In this document: positions 19,496 through 29,400 of the stretch, one piece after another
Numbering within the stretch: position 1 is the stretch's first letter
How the letters are laid out: every line of letters starts with the position of its first letter
Assembly (NCBI GenBank): GCA_963755715.1
Contig: CAVWLW010000021.1
Span: forward strand, 9,897-73,896
Source of the DNA: an uncultured delta proteobacterium
GTDB taxonomy: Bacteria > Desulfobacterota > Binatia > UBA9968
DNA: 64,000 bases
Direction of reading: 5' to 3'
The notes under the pieces: model-generated
Told to the model about the DNA's origin: nothing
What the model saw: only the letters and a program-made list of their open reading frames with translations
Databases searched by the model: none
Position numbers and translations under genes: made by a program

Positions 19496-20269
19496 ATGGC
19501 TGCGCCGTTAAATAATCGCCCCTTGACGGGTAAAATCGCGCTCGTAACCGGCGCGAGCCGCGGTATCGGCGCCGCCGCGGCCGTTCGTCTGGCTCAGGCC
19601 GGCGCCGCGGTTGCCATCAATTATCATCAGAACAAAGAGGCTGCCGAAAAAATAGCCGATCAAATTGCCGAGAGCGGGGGGCGCAGCGCGATCATTCAAG
19701 CCGACGTGACCGACAAAAACCAAGTCGAGCAGATGGTTGCGGTCGCGCAGCGTGAGTTAGGTGCGATCGACGTTTTGGTTAACAATGCCTATTTTCCCTT
19801 CGACGTCGGTGCGCTGCACGAACTCTCGTGGGAAAGCTTTCACCGCGCCATCGAGCATGAGCTGTCGGCACTGTTTCATTGTACCCGCGCGTGCGTACCG
19901 GCGATGAAGGGAAAAAAAGCTGGCCGAATTATAGTCGTCAGCACACGCTTGGCGCAGCAGCCGTTGCCCAGGATGGGAGCCTATGCCGCCGCCAAGTCCG
20001 CCCTCGAGTCGATGGCCAACACCATGGCGATCGAGTTGGGACCCTTGGGGATCTCGGTCAACGTCGTCACGCCGGCGTTCACGTTGACCGATGCGTCGAT
20101 GATCATGCCCGAGGCGTATCGGGAGCGAGTGAAGGAAACTCGGCCGTTGAAAAAGCATCTCTATCCTGAAGATGTCGCCGGCACGATCGCATTTTTGGCC
20201 GGTGATGAAGCCAGTATGCTCACCGGGAGCCATATCTTGATTACCGGCGGCAGTCATCTGCAACTCTAA
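19496..20269 (+). CDS. Short-chain dehydrogenase/reductase
   Basis: TGASRGIG, LVNNA, catalytic YAAAK. Confidence 0.93.
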   Translation: MAAPLNNRPLTGKIALVTGASRGIGAAAAVRLAQAGAAVAINYHQNKEAAEKIADQIAESGGRSAIIQADVTDKNQVEQMVAVAQRELGAIDVLVNNAYFPFDVGALHELSWESFHRAIEHELSALFHCTRACVPAMKGKKAGRIIVVSTRLAQQPLPRMGAYAAAKSALESMANTMAIELGPLGISVNVVTPAFTLTDASMIMPEAYRERVKETRPLKKHLYPEDVAGTIAFLAGDEASMLTGSHILITGGSHLQL

Positions 20270-20270
20270 A

Positions 20271-20338
20271 AATTGATAATGGATAATTGAGAACGCCCGG
20301 ATTCTAAATTTTCAATTATCCATTCTCCATTATCAATT
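20271..20338. repeat. Inverted heptamer-repeat element
   Basis: AATTGAT-AATGGAT-AATTGAG ... TTCAATT-ATCCATT-CTCCATT-ATCAATT. Confidence 0.75.
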
Positions 20339-20346
20339 GTTTGCCT

Positions 20347-21831
20347 ATGCTTTCTCTCGACGAGATCATCGCTAGACTGACCGAGATTGTCGGTTCGCGA
20401 CGCGTTTCCACCAACCCCATCGACAAGATCAACTATCAGCACACGCTCGCTTATGGCGCTTATCGCGCGCTGCCAGATGTCATCGTGCGAATCGAGTCCG
20501 ATGCAAACGGCCATCACAAAGTCGCCGATATTTTAAGATTCGCCAATGAGCACAAGATCCCGATCGTCGCCAAAGGCGGCGTCGGTATGGGCATCAGCTC
20601 GCCGCTCAAAGGTGGCTTGCTTCTCGATATGCTCGGCATGGACAAAATCCTTGAAGTCAATCCTGCCCTGCAATACGTGATCGCGGAGGGCGGCGCGAGC
20701 GTGTACGGCATTCATCACGCCTTGCGCCAGCATGGACTGATGCTGCCGAATTTCGGCACCTATGGTCCCGCGGTCGTCATCGGCGCGATGATCAATAAAG
20801 GCGGCATCGGCTACGGCATGACGCGCTACGGCTGGATTGCCGACATGGTGCTCGGTTTGGAAGTGATATTTGCCAACGGCGAGACCATTCGGCTCGGCGC
20901 GCTCGCGAATCAGGGCACGACATTCGGTCCCTTTCAAAAATGGATTCACCTGCCGGACTTGCTTGGTCTTTTCACCCTCGCCGCCGGTTCCATGGGTATT
21001 ATCAGTAAGGTTTGTTTGCGCGCCATCGAAGGCAGGCGCGAGTGGCTGCATGATTACTGCTATTCATTCCGGCGCGATCAACTTGCGGAAGCGCAGGACG
21101 CGCTGATGCAGTTGGTCAAAGGTGAGGTGGTTTACGACATTCATTTCACCGACCGTTGGCAATACCATTGGCCGATGGAAGACGGTTTGTACGATAAACG
21201 CAAAGTTCCTGACGATAGCTGGTTTTTCTTAAAGACGATGTTGATGGCGCGCGATGCAGACGAATTGGCATTTAAAGAGAAACGCATGCGGCGCATTTAT
21301 CATGACGCGGGGGGCATCGACGTACCTGAGATCGCCGAAAAGGGAATGGGCGCTGAAGCGCAAGAGCATGGTCTGCATGGCTGGCCGGACTGGCATATTA
21401 TGGGGCCGGACGGCTGGTGTGGCTCGGTGGTGCGCCACACCGGCATGTTCGCGGTCACGTCCAAGATGTATCCGCTGACGTTTCTCAAAGAAATGTATGA
21501 TCTTGACGAAGCCGCCAAGCGTGAGAGCGGGCTTTGGGACGCCGAGCATTCGCCGCAGCATGACAGTTACGTCACGCGCGATCTCGGCATCAAAGAAGAG
21601 TATTTCGTCTTCTACAATCCCTATGACGACGAAGACGTCGGCAAACTTCGCAAGTGGATGGGTATGGTGCAGCAATTCAGTAACGAGCGCGGCGTGGTCT
21701 GGACCGCGCCGACTTTGAGCACCAAAGGGCCGATGCCCTATCAGCGGCTGGGCAACCTTTACGACGTGATCAAGGAGATTAAGCAACTGGTCGATCCCAA
21801 CAATATTCTGAACCCCGGCGCGCTCTATTAA
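20347..21831 (+). CDS. FAD-binding (PCMH/VAO/GlcD-type) oxidoreductase
   Basis: PDVIVR, IPIVAKGG, YGWIADMVLGLEVIFANGE, GSMGIISK, C-terminal IKQLVDPNNILNPG. Confidence 0.9.
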   Translation: MLSLDEIIARLTEIVGSRRVSTNPIDKINYQHTLAYGAYRALPDVIVRIESDANGHHKVADILRFANEHKIPIVAKGGVGMGISSPLKGGLLLDMLGMDKILEVNPALQYVIAEGGASVYGIHHALRQHGLMLPNFGTYGPAVVIGAMINKGGIGYGMTRYGWIADMVLGLEVIFANGETIRLGALANQGTTFGPFQKWIHLPDLLGLFTLAAGSMGIISKVCLRAIEGRREWLHDYCYSFRRDQLAEAQDALMQLVKGEVVYDIHFTDRWQYHWPMEDGLYDKRKVPDDSWFFLKTMLMARDADELAFKEKRMRRIYHDAGGIDVPEIAEKGMGAEAQEHGLHGWPDWHIMGPDGWCGSVVRHTGMFAVTSKMYPLTFLKEMYDLDEAAKRESGLWDAEHSPQHDSYVTRDLGIKEEYFVFYNPYDDEDVGKLRKWMGMVQQFSNERGVVWTAPTLSTKGPMPYQRLGNLYDVIKEIKQLVDPNNILNPGALY

Positions 21832-21851
21832 TCAAAGAAGGAGAGAAGATT

Positions 21852-22646
21852 ATGGGACTCGGAAGGCAAGATTTTTCCGGCAAGAGGCTTGCGCCCCCTG
21901 AAGCCGACGCCGTGGTGGCCGATCTAAAAAAATATCTGGCTGATATCGCAGAGCGCTGGCTCATCAAAGGACGTTTCCATACCGATATGGCTAAGGGCAC
22001 GCTGCCGATGGAAGCGATCCAAGTATTTTGGCAGAACTGGTACGGCTTTGTCGCCGAGATCAACAATTTTCACGGCGTCGCCTACCAGCGCCACTTGCCT
22101 TTTTTCAAGCGCCATCCCGAGCTGCAAAAACACTTTGCCAACCATGTCGCAGACGAAATGATCCATCCCAAACCGCCGGGGCACATTCAAATCGTGCTCG
22201 AGCAAGGCCGCAACTTCGGTCTCACCAACGATCAAATGATCGAATATGAGATGCTGCCCGAGTGCCGAGCGTTTCTCGAATATTATCGCGGCGTGCTCTA
22301 TGAAGGCACGATGGTCGAGTGGTGGGCATCGTTCTGTGTCGAGGAAGCCGTGGGCCACTGGGCCAAGTTCTTCGGCGGTACGCTCCGGAAGAACTTTAAT
22401 ATTCCGGAAGACAAGATCGTTTACTTCCGCATGCACGCGCAGGCCGATCTCGAAGAGCACGACGGCGTGATGGCGCACGCCGACCTGGATTGGATGGTTC
22501 TGAAAAAATTGCTCGAAGAAGGCAAAGCCGACACCCGGCCGGGATTCAATTTAGAATATTGCCTGCGCACCGGCACAGCCTATTTTGCCTGGTTCTTCGA
22601 GGGGGTCTACCAATGCGTTAAAAAAGAAGGATTCTACAAAGTTTAA
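21852..22646 (+). CDS. Heme-oxygenase-like diiron oxidase (CADD/PqqC/TenA superfamily)
   Basis: Candidate ligands DEMIHPKPPGH, VEE and YFRMHAQADLEEH, in the order seen in CADD-type enzymes; helical composition. Confidence 0.75.
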   Translation: MGLGRQDFSGKRLAPPEADAVVADLKKYLADIAERWLIKGRFHTDMAKGTLPMEAIQVFWQNWYGFVAEINNFHGVAYQRHLPFFKRHPELQKHFANHVADEMIHPKPPGHIQIVLEQGRNFGLTNDQMIEYEMLPECRAFLEYYRGVLYEGTMVEWWASFCVEEAVGHWAKFFGGTLRKNFNIPEDKIVYFRMHAQADLEEHDGVMAHADLDWMVLKKLLEEGKADTRPGFNLEYCLRTGTAYFAWFFEGVYQCVKKEGFYKV

Positions 22647-22648
22647 TC

Positions 22649-23671
22649 ATGGGCGAAACCAACAACGAAGAGCTGTCGCCCCGCCGGTTGATGCGGATCC
22701 TGGGAGATTTCGCGAATAGCCAAATCCTCGACGCCTCAATCGAATACGATTTTTTCACACTCATCCACAAAGGCCTCCAATCCGCCGAAGAAATCGCGCG
22801 CGCGGCCGGAACGGATGCACGCGCCACGCGTATTGTTCTCGATAGCCTGCCGGCTTTAGGCTTGATCGAAAAGCGCGGTGGTAAATACTTTCTCACCCCC
22901 ACGGCCGACGTATTTCTGGTCAAAGAGAAGCCCTCTTATGTCGGGGATTTTCGCCACGTGGCGCTGGCGCTTTGGGACGGCATGGCTCATCTCAAGGAGT
23001 CGCTCAAGACCGGCAAACCGCTCAGCCGCATGGACACCGGTGCCGAATTGCAAGTGTGGGAAAAGTTAGTGCTCGGCATCATCGTCATCGCCGAGCCTGC
23101 GGCGAAAGCGCTCTGCGATATCCTAAAAATCGGCAGCGCGCGCAAAGGGATCAAAGTTCTCGACATCGCCGGTGGTTCGAGCATTTTCGGCATGACTATT
23201 TTGTCCCGGGATCCATCAGCGCAGGTCACACAACTGGATTGGCCCAATGTGAATGCGGTCGCTAAGAAAGCTAATAAAGAGCGTGGTCTGGACGGCAAGA
23301 TCCGTTTCATCGACGGCGAGCACCATACGGCGCCCATCGAAACGAATTATTACGACTTAGTTCTCGCCAGCAATTTTTGCCGCTTCGAATCGCCCAGAGG
23401 GAATCAGGAACTATTTGCTAAAGCCTATTCGGCGCTCAAACCCGGCGGTATCTTCGTCGTCAACGACTTTGTACCGAACGAGGAGCGCACCGAACCGACT
23501 TTCGCGTTGCGCTTTTCCGTTTACACTTTGACGCACACGCCGGAAGGCGAGTGCTGGACGTTGTCGCAGTATTCCGACTGGTTACAGAAGGCGGGCTTCA
23601 AGTCGATTGAAATCCATGGCGATATTCCGAAGACATTGCCAGGAACGACTTTGATTGTGGCGAAGAAATAA
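22649..23671 (+). CDS. SAM-dependent O-methyltransferase (dimerisation domain plus Methyltransf_2)
   Basis: N-terminal winged-helix dimerisation region; VLDIAGGSS; YDLVLASN; ALKPGG. Confidence 0.9.
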   Translation: MGETNNEELSPRRLMRILGDFANSQILDASIEYDFFTLIHKGLQSAEEIARAAGTDARATRIVLDSLPALGLIEKRGGKYFLTPTADVFLVKEKPSYVGDFRHVALALWDGMAHLKESLKTGKPLSRMDTGAELQVWEKLVLGIIVIAEPAAKALCDILKIGSARKGIKVLDIAGGSSIFGMTILSRDPSAQVTQLDWPNVNAVAKKANKERGLDGKIRFIDGEHHTAPIETNYYDLVLASNFCRFESPRGNQELFAKAYSALKPGGIFVVNDFVPNEERTEPTFALRFSVYTLTHTPEGECWTLSQYSDWLQKAGFKSIEIHGDIPKTLPGTTLIVAKK

Positions 23672-23737
23672 ACGATGAATACCGGCGCTAGCGCGCAAAT
23701 CGAATGAACTTTCTAGCTCTTACTGCAAAAGGGATTT

Positions 23738-24646
23738 TTAGATTACTTTTTTACCGCCCGACTCCCAACGACTTAAGCCACGGCCTTGTGCTTTGCGGCT
23801 GGCGACGATGCGCCGCCATTTTTCCTGATCGGAGAGCAGTTCTTCCACTTGATTCGGCGCATGAGCGGTGATCTGCAATCGATTATTATCGGGGTCGAAA
23901 AAGTAAATGCTGCGCTCGCCTGGCGGTCGCAAACCGTCCTCGGCGCGTCTGTCGCCTTGCGTCTTACCACCGTAGCGCTCGACCAGTGCAACCATAGAGT
24001 CGAAGTCATCTTGCGGCACGTCCATGGCCATGTGACAACCGCGGCCATGCTTTTTGCTCCGGTCCGATAATTTTTCGACTTCCACCAAGCCGATCATTTG
24101 ACCGTTTTGCGCGGGAATCAGCATCTCGTTATCAGAGGCGATCGGCACGCCGCTGCCGAGTGCTTCTGAATAAAAGGTCATGGCTTTTTTCATGTTCAGT
24201 GTTTCGAAAACCGTGTGGCTGATGCATTCGCCCAACGGTTCGCTGCGACGAAGGCAAAACTCCAGATGATTACCGTCCAAGTCGTCGAAGTAAATCGACA
24301 ATGCCAAGGGTCCGTCATCACCGTGCTCTATGGGGCCACGGAACGGATGATGGGCTGCTTTGAGATTTTGCTGGGTTTGCTCGAGTCGTTCGCGCGTGAC
24401 GCCGACACCGATGCGCGGAGCGGCGCTTAAAGATGGTCCGGCGACCACCCCAGGCAGATGCAGGCCGATGATATTGTTGCCAGCGAGCACGTAGGTCTGG
24501 CGCGGCGTGCCATCGGGATTGCGCCTGGTCGTTTTGAATTGCAACCCAAGCACATCGACATAAAACGCTTGATTGATTGCCAGATCGCGCACCGGAATGG
24601 CGATGTGGTCGATGCTTTCGACGCCAAAACGTATTTCTGCAACCAT
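23738..24646 (-). CDS. Two-domain VOC/glyoxalase family protein
   Basis: IDHIAIPVRDL...FYVDVLGL; IYFDDLDGNHLE; second domain ISHTVFE...YFFDPDNNRLQI. Confidence 0.85.
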   Translation of the reverse strand: MVAEIRFGVESIDHIAIPVRDLAINQAFYVDVLGLQFKTTRRNPDGTPRQTYVLAGNNIIGLHLPGVVAGPSLSAAPRIGVGVTRERLEQTQQNLKAAHHPFRGPIEHGDDGPLALSIYFDDLDGNHLEFCLRRSEPLGECISHTVFETLNMKKAMTFYSEALGSGVPIASDNEMLIPAQNGQMIGLVEVEKLSDRSKKHGRGCHMAMDVPQDDFDSMVALVERYGGKTQGDRRAEDGLRPPGERSIYFFDPDNNRLQITAHAPNQVEELLSDQEKWRRIVASRKAQGRGLSRWESGGKKVI

Positions 24647-24758
24647 GGATGAATCCTCTGCTGCTGTATCGCTTGTTTGTGCGGAACCTACAAGAAATCG
24701 GAGTGGAACGTCAACAGATGTTGAGACAAAAATTCGCGTTTTGATCGATGCCAGCGGT

Positions 24759-25989
24759 TTAGATGATTTCCGGAAAGATAAACTTTCTCTTGCCCAAGCG
24801 GCGTGCGCCGCTTTTCTCGATCACCACGGTATCGCCGCAGCGGATCGAGTCGGGTGCGTCGCCCGGCATCGCTCCCGGTTTAAGCACAAAGACATTGCCC
24901 TCGACCAAGGGCAGATCGAGATGTTGTGTGTAAGTCGCGCTCGTGTACATATCGCCTTCGACCTCGCCGGTGATCTGCGGCCGATCTTCACCGATGCCGC
25001 GGCCGTGCAGCAACATCCCTTTCGGCGTATGGCCCGCCTCGCGCACGAGCTTTTGATAAAGCATCACCACCTGGCGAAATGACACACCGGGCTTCATAAA
25101 TTTCACCAGCTCGTCGAAAACTTTTACGCTCACGTCGAAAGCGCGGGTTAATTCGTCGGGGATTTTTCCCAGGCACGCGGCCTGCACAGTTTGCGCGATA
25201 TAGCCTCCATACTTTGCCTCAAGCTCGGTGTTAACCATATCGCCGGCTTGGAGCGGGCGGTGCGGCGCGATGCGACAGGCCCAGGGCACGCCGGCTCCCG
25301 CGCCCCAGTGCGTCATCGACGGGTAGTCTCCGCCGTTGGCGATGATCGTTTGCCAGATCGTGGCGACCATGTCGTTTTCCATGACGCCCGGCTTCGCCTT
25401 GGAGATGATTGCAGCGACGACCCTGTCGAGAATCTCCGCGGCGCGCTCGATCCAAGCGACTTCTTCAGCGCCTTTGACGGAGCGGGCCTCTTGTAAGAGC
25501 TCTGTGGCGTTCTCAAACCTCGCCTTGGGAAAGGCCTGGCGCACTTTGTCGAGCATGCCTGTCACGACGGTGCCTTCAGGCGCGCGCAAGAGACCGCTCA
25601 AACCGCTCACACCGATGCGCGCGCTTTGCAATTGCAATTCCGTCATTCGTTCGATGACGGGCTCGCCCCAGGAGCGCCGGCTCGGGCGTATATCGGTTAG
25701 CCAATCCTGGGCGATGCTCCACCATTCCACTTCGTTGCCGCCGCGGACGAAGGCGGTCACCGCGCCGGAGAGCGGGAACACGACCGCGACTTCGGTTTGA
25801 TGGCCGCCGATGTGGGTCAGATAGCGAATGTCCGCCTGAAATTGATCCCAGTGGCTTTGATTGGGAAAGCCGATAATCGCGTCGAGCTGCTTTTGGCTGC
25901 ATGAGCTCGCGCACGCGCGACCAGCGCCGCTCACGCTCTGCATGACTGAACTTAGGTAAGCCAAAGCCTCGTTCGCCGCTATTGATCAT
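24759..25989 (-). CDS. M24 (creatinase/prolidase fold) protein, +1 frameshift near 25895
   Basis: LPKFSHAERERRWSRVRELM joins QKQLDAII; ARSVKGAEEV, KPGVME, LHGRGIG, GDTVVIEKSGARRL. Confidence 0.85.
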
Positions 25990-26265
25990 CACGCCCCCCG
26001 CTTTCATTCACTTTTCTTGAATTTATATGGTGAGCTGTCAGGCCGTTCAAGCACCGTCCTTGGACCCTTGGAAATATGCCTTGAAGCGCCGGTTTCGAAA
26101 GCCCGCGGCGACATGAAAACGAAGCCCAAGTGCACCCAAGCGGTCGATTTTACCACTAGCATTGCCAAAACTCAGGTGCTAGACTCCGGCCGTGCTGATC
26201 AGAGATCTGTCCGTCAAACTCACCCGGCAAAAACTCGCGCACTAGAGCCTCACTAGGGGCACACC

Positions 26266-27666
26266 ATGCAATACCTAGCGATTTGCGAGGACGATCTATT
26301 ATTCCAGTTTATGCGCAACGTTGCCGACGAGCAGGGCGAGGTGCGCTACCTGGTTCCCAATGACAAGATCGCGCGCGCGATCAAGCGTCAAGGCGGCAAG
26401 GTATGGCACGGTGACTTGCTCAAGGAAGAGACTTACAAGAAGGTCAAGCTTCACTACATCGATCAAGCGATCGTGTTTATCCGCGACGGCGACTTGCAAG
26501 ACCGCGTCTGCCGGCTCCTGCGCAGTCTCGACAAGATGGTTTCGATCGTGTCGTTGACTTCGGACAATAACGGTAATCATAAGGAACCCGCCGATCCCCT
26601 GCTGCGCCACCTTCAGTTGTCCAATATTTTCGAAGAGTTTTGCGCTTCGCAACTGCTTGACACGTTGAATATCAAGAAGGTCGAGCGCATACGCTCGCTG
26701 TTCGCCAGCGGCAAGAAGATCCATATTTTGCTACAACACGATCCCGACCCGGACGCCATCGGCAGCGCTTTGGCGCTGCGCGAGTTGCTCGGGCGCAATC
26801 GGGCGACGACCCCGATCGTCACTTTTGGCACCATCACGCGGCCGGAGAATTTGGCCATGGTGCGTTTGCTCGACATCCAGATCGAGCAGATTTCCTACGA
26901 GGATCTGCACAAGGACGGCGCCCGCTTGGCGCTTGTCGATGTGCAGCCGCCTTACTTCGAGAAGCCGTTGGGGCGTGTCGACCTCGTGGTCGATCACCAT
27001 CCCAAAAGAATCGCCTTCAAAGCGCGCTTCGCCGATCTGCGCAGCAACTATGGCGCGACCTCGACGATCTTCACCGAGTATTTGCGCGCCGCGGGCATGG
27101 AACCGTCGCAGCGCCTGGCGACCGCGTTGGTTTACGGCATCAAGACCGACACGTTGTTTCTCGAGCGCGGCAGCAACCTGGCCGACCTGAGCGCGTTTAA
27201 TTTTCTCTACCCGATCGCCAATAAGGCGATGATCTCGCGCATCGAGCGGCCGGCATTGCCGCGGGAAGATTTGGAAGCGATGGGACGCGCGCTGAGCCGG
27301 CTGCAAGTCGAAAACGGCGTCGCCGTCATCCATTTGGGAGAAATCAATCGCGAAGATGTGATTCCGCAACTGGCGGAGTTCTGTTTGCAAATCGAAGGGG
27401 TCGATTGGAGCGTGGTTTCGGGTCTGGTCAAGGACCGGGTGGTCATCTCGGTGCGCAACGTCGGCTATGTCAAAAGCGCCGGCGAAATCATGAAAAAACT
27501 CTACGACGACATCGGCAGCGCGGGCGGTCATCGGGCGATGGCCAAAGCGGTTGTGCCCCTAGACCGTTTCAAGGAAAGATTCGGCGAAGTGAGCGAGCGA
27601 GTGATACGAGAGGCCATGGTGCCGATGATCGTCGACCGCGATCAGATCGAGCTCGTCTTAAATTAG
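26266..27666 (+). CDS. DHH/DHHA1 phosphoesterase with N-terminal TrkA-N-like domain
   Basis: HDPDPDAIGS, VVDHHP, YGIKTDT, GSAGGH. Confidence 0.88.
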   Translation: MQYLAICEDDLLFQFMRNVADEQGEVRYLVPNDKIARAIKRQGGKVWHGDLLKEETYKKVKLHYIDQAIVFIRDGDLQDRVCRLLRSLDKMVSIVSLTSDNNGNHKEPADPLLRHLQLSNIFEEFCASQLLDTLNIKKVERIRSLFASGKKIHILLQHDPDPDAIGSALALRELLGRNRATTPIVTFGTITRPENLAMVRLLDIQIEQISYEDLHKDGARLALVDVQPPYFEKPLGRVDLVVDHHPKRIAFKARFADLRSNYGATSTIFTEYLRAAGMEPSQRLATALVYGIKTDTLFLERGSNLADLSAFNFLYPIANKAMISRIERPALPREDLEAMGRALSRLQVENGVAVIHLGEINREDVIPQLAEFCLQIEGVDWSVVSGLVKDRVVISVRNVGYVKSAGEIMKKLYDDIGSAGGHRAMAKAVVPLDRFKERFGEVSERVIREAMVPMIVDRDQIELVLN

Positions 27667-27809
27667 CTCCTGCTGGCTGCTCATGCGAGCCAACTATGAT
27701 AAAAGCTCATGAGCCTGCCCGCCGCATCCAGAGCTGCCCACTTCCTTGACAACTCCCGCCTCGGCGGACTAAGGGTGAAGCAAATCAACGCTTCAAAAGG
27801 GAGGTCTCT

Positions 27810-28202
27810 ATGCCTAAACTACGCCATTTGGCCATCCGCACCGAAGACACCGGCAAACTCGCGTCGTTTTATATGGACGTTTTCGAGATGCAGATGCTGC
27901 ACAAAGACAAGAACGAAGGCGGTGCGATATTTCTAACCGACGGTTATTTCAATCTGGCGATTCTGCCGAACCATGAGCAGCAAGCGCCCAATGGTCTTTA
28001 CCACTTTGGCTTCGAGGTTGAGAACGGCGAAAAGATCGTCGAACGCTTGAAGAAGGTCAACCCCAACAAATTACCCAAGCCGCGTCCCAACGGTCGGCCC
28101 TACGCCGAGACCCGCGGTTCCGATCCGGACGGAAACTATTTCGACATTTCCGAGCATGGTTTCGAGAATGTCGTGCCGCTGGGTGAGAAAAAAGATAACT
28201 AG
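27810..28202 (+). CDS. VOC/glyoxalase family protein
   Basis: LRHLAIRT, LTDGYFNLAIL, GLYHFGFEV, DPDGNYFDIS. Confidence 0.88.
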   Translation: MPKLRHLAIRTEDTGKLASFYMDVFEMQMLHKDKNEGGAIFLTDGYFNLAILPNHEQQAPNGLYHFGFEVENGEKIVERLKKVNPNKLPKPRPNGRPYAETRGSDPDGNYFDISEHGFENVVPLGEKKDN

Positions 28203-28242
28203 CACTTGCGCCGTCTTTCCGGTAATCTCTTAAGTTCCGCGA

Positions 28243-28270
28243 GTAGGGGACGGTCGCAACCGTCCCCTAC
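28243..28270. repeat. GTAG-family REP-like palindrome
   Basis: GTAGGGGACGGT-CGCA-ACCGTCCCCTAC, a perfect 12-bp stem. Confidence 0.75.
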
Positions 28271-28304
28271 GTAAAAAATTTTCACGCCGAGTGCGCGAGG
28301 CGAG

Positions 28305-29351
28305 GTGATCGCCGTGACGAATTGGCCAGCTGCAAGATTCTGTTGGCGCCTGACGTTCATTGGCATCGCCTCACTCGGATTGCTACTCCCTTTCATTGCT
28401 CCACGGCGAGCAGTCGGGCAAATCAAATCAAACCTGTCCTCCAGCGTCACCAGCGAGAGCATGACCCACGTCTGGGTGGCGCGCGACCGCGGCTTGTTCA
28501 AAAAATATGGCCTCGACATGCAGTTCATTCTCATGCCGCGCAATCCTCTGGCCATCGCTGCGTTGCTTGCCGGCGAGATCGACGCCGCGATCGTCGGTCC
28601 CGGCCACCTCGTCAATGCCGGATTGAGCGGCGCGGATGTCATCGGTATCGCCAACTTTAATCAAAAACTGGACTTCCGTCTTAATACGCGACCAGAGATC
28701 AAGAAGCCGGAAGACCTCCACGGCAAACGGATCGCAATCAGCGGTCCGGGATCGACGTCGCATCTGGTTACGATGCTTTCGCTCCAGGGACTCAACGTCG
28801 ATCCGATTCAAGCGAAGATTGCATTTCTGACGATACCGGGGACGGAAATGAACCGGCGCCTGGCGCTTGAGAGCGGCAGCGTAGACGCAACAACGCTCAG
28901 AGGCGCGATGGGCGATCTTTATGCCAACAAGGGTTACACCCTGCTTTATAATTTAAAGGCTGCCGGTGTAACGCTGCCGCAAAACATGATGGTGACGACG
29001 CGGCGCACAGCAGCAACCAAGCCGGCGGTGATCGAAGGCTACTTGAAAGCGACCATCGAGGCGATCGCGATGATCAGCGATCCCGCAAACAAGGAACTCG
29101 TGAGTCGGCTTTTGGCCTCGAACCTGCGCTTGAGCAATCCGGCCGATGTCGAGGAGTCCTATCAGGCCGTGATTTCCAATTATGAACGCGCGCCGCACAC
29201 CACCATAGAAGGAATGAAGCGGCTGCAAAAGCTTTTGATTCAGCTCAACCCCAAGATCGCTGAAGTGCGCGTCGAGACTCTCATCGATAACTCGTTCATG
29301 AACAAGCTCGAAAGCTCCGGTTTTATCCAGAGCCTGTATAAGAAAAACTGA
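28305..29351 (+). CDS. NMT1/THI5-like ABC substrate-binding protein (orphan)
   Basis: WVARDRGLFKKYGLD, ALLAGEID, IKKPEDLHGKRIAISGPGS; start uncertain. Confidence 0.88.
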   Translation: MIAVTNWPAARFCWRLTFIGIASLGLLLPFIAPRRAVGQIKSNLSSSVTSESMTHVWVARDRGLFKKYGLDMQFILMPRNPLAIAALLAGEIDAAIVGPGHLVNAGLSGADVIGIANFNQKLDFRLNTRPEIKKPEDLHGKRIAISGPGSTSHLVTMLSLQGLNVDPIQAKIAFLTIPGTEMNRRLALESGSVDATTLRGAMGDLYANKGYTLLYNLKAAGVTLPQNMMVTTRRTAATKPAVIEGYLKATIEAIAMISDPANKELVSRLLASNLRLSNPADVEESYQAVISNYERAPHTTIEGMKRLQKLLIQLNPKIAEVRVETLIDNSFMNKLESSGFIQSLYKKN

Positions 29352-29400
29352 GCACTCGCACGCCAAATACAACTATCGCCAAATACGGAGATCATGAATC

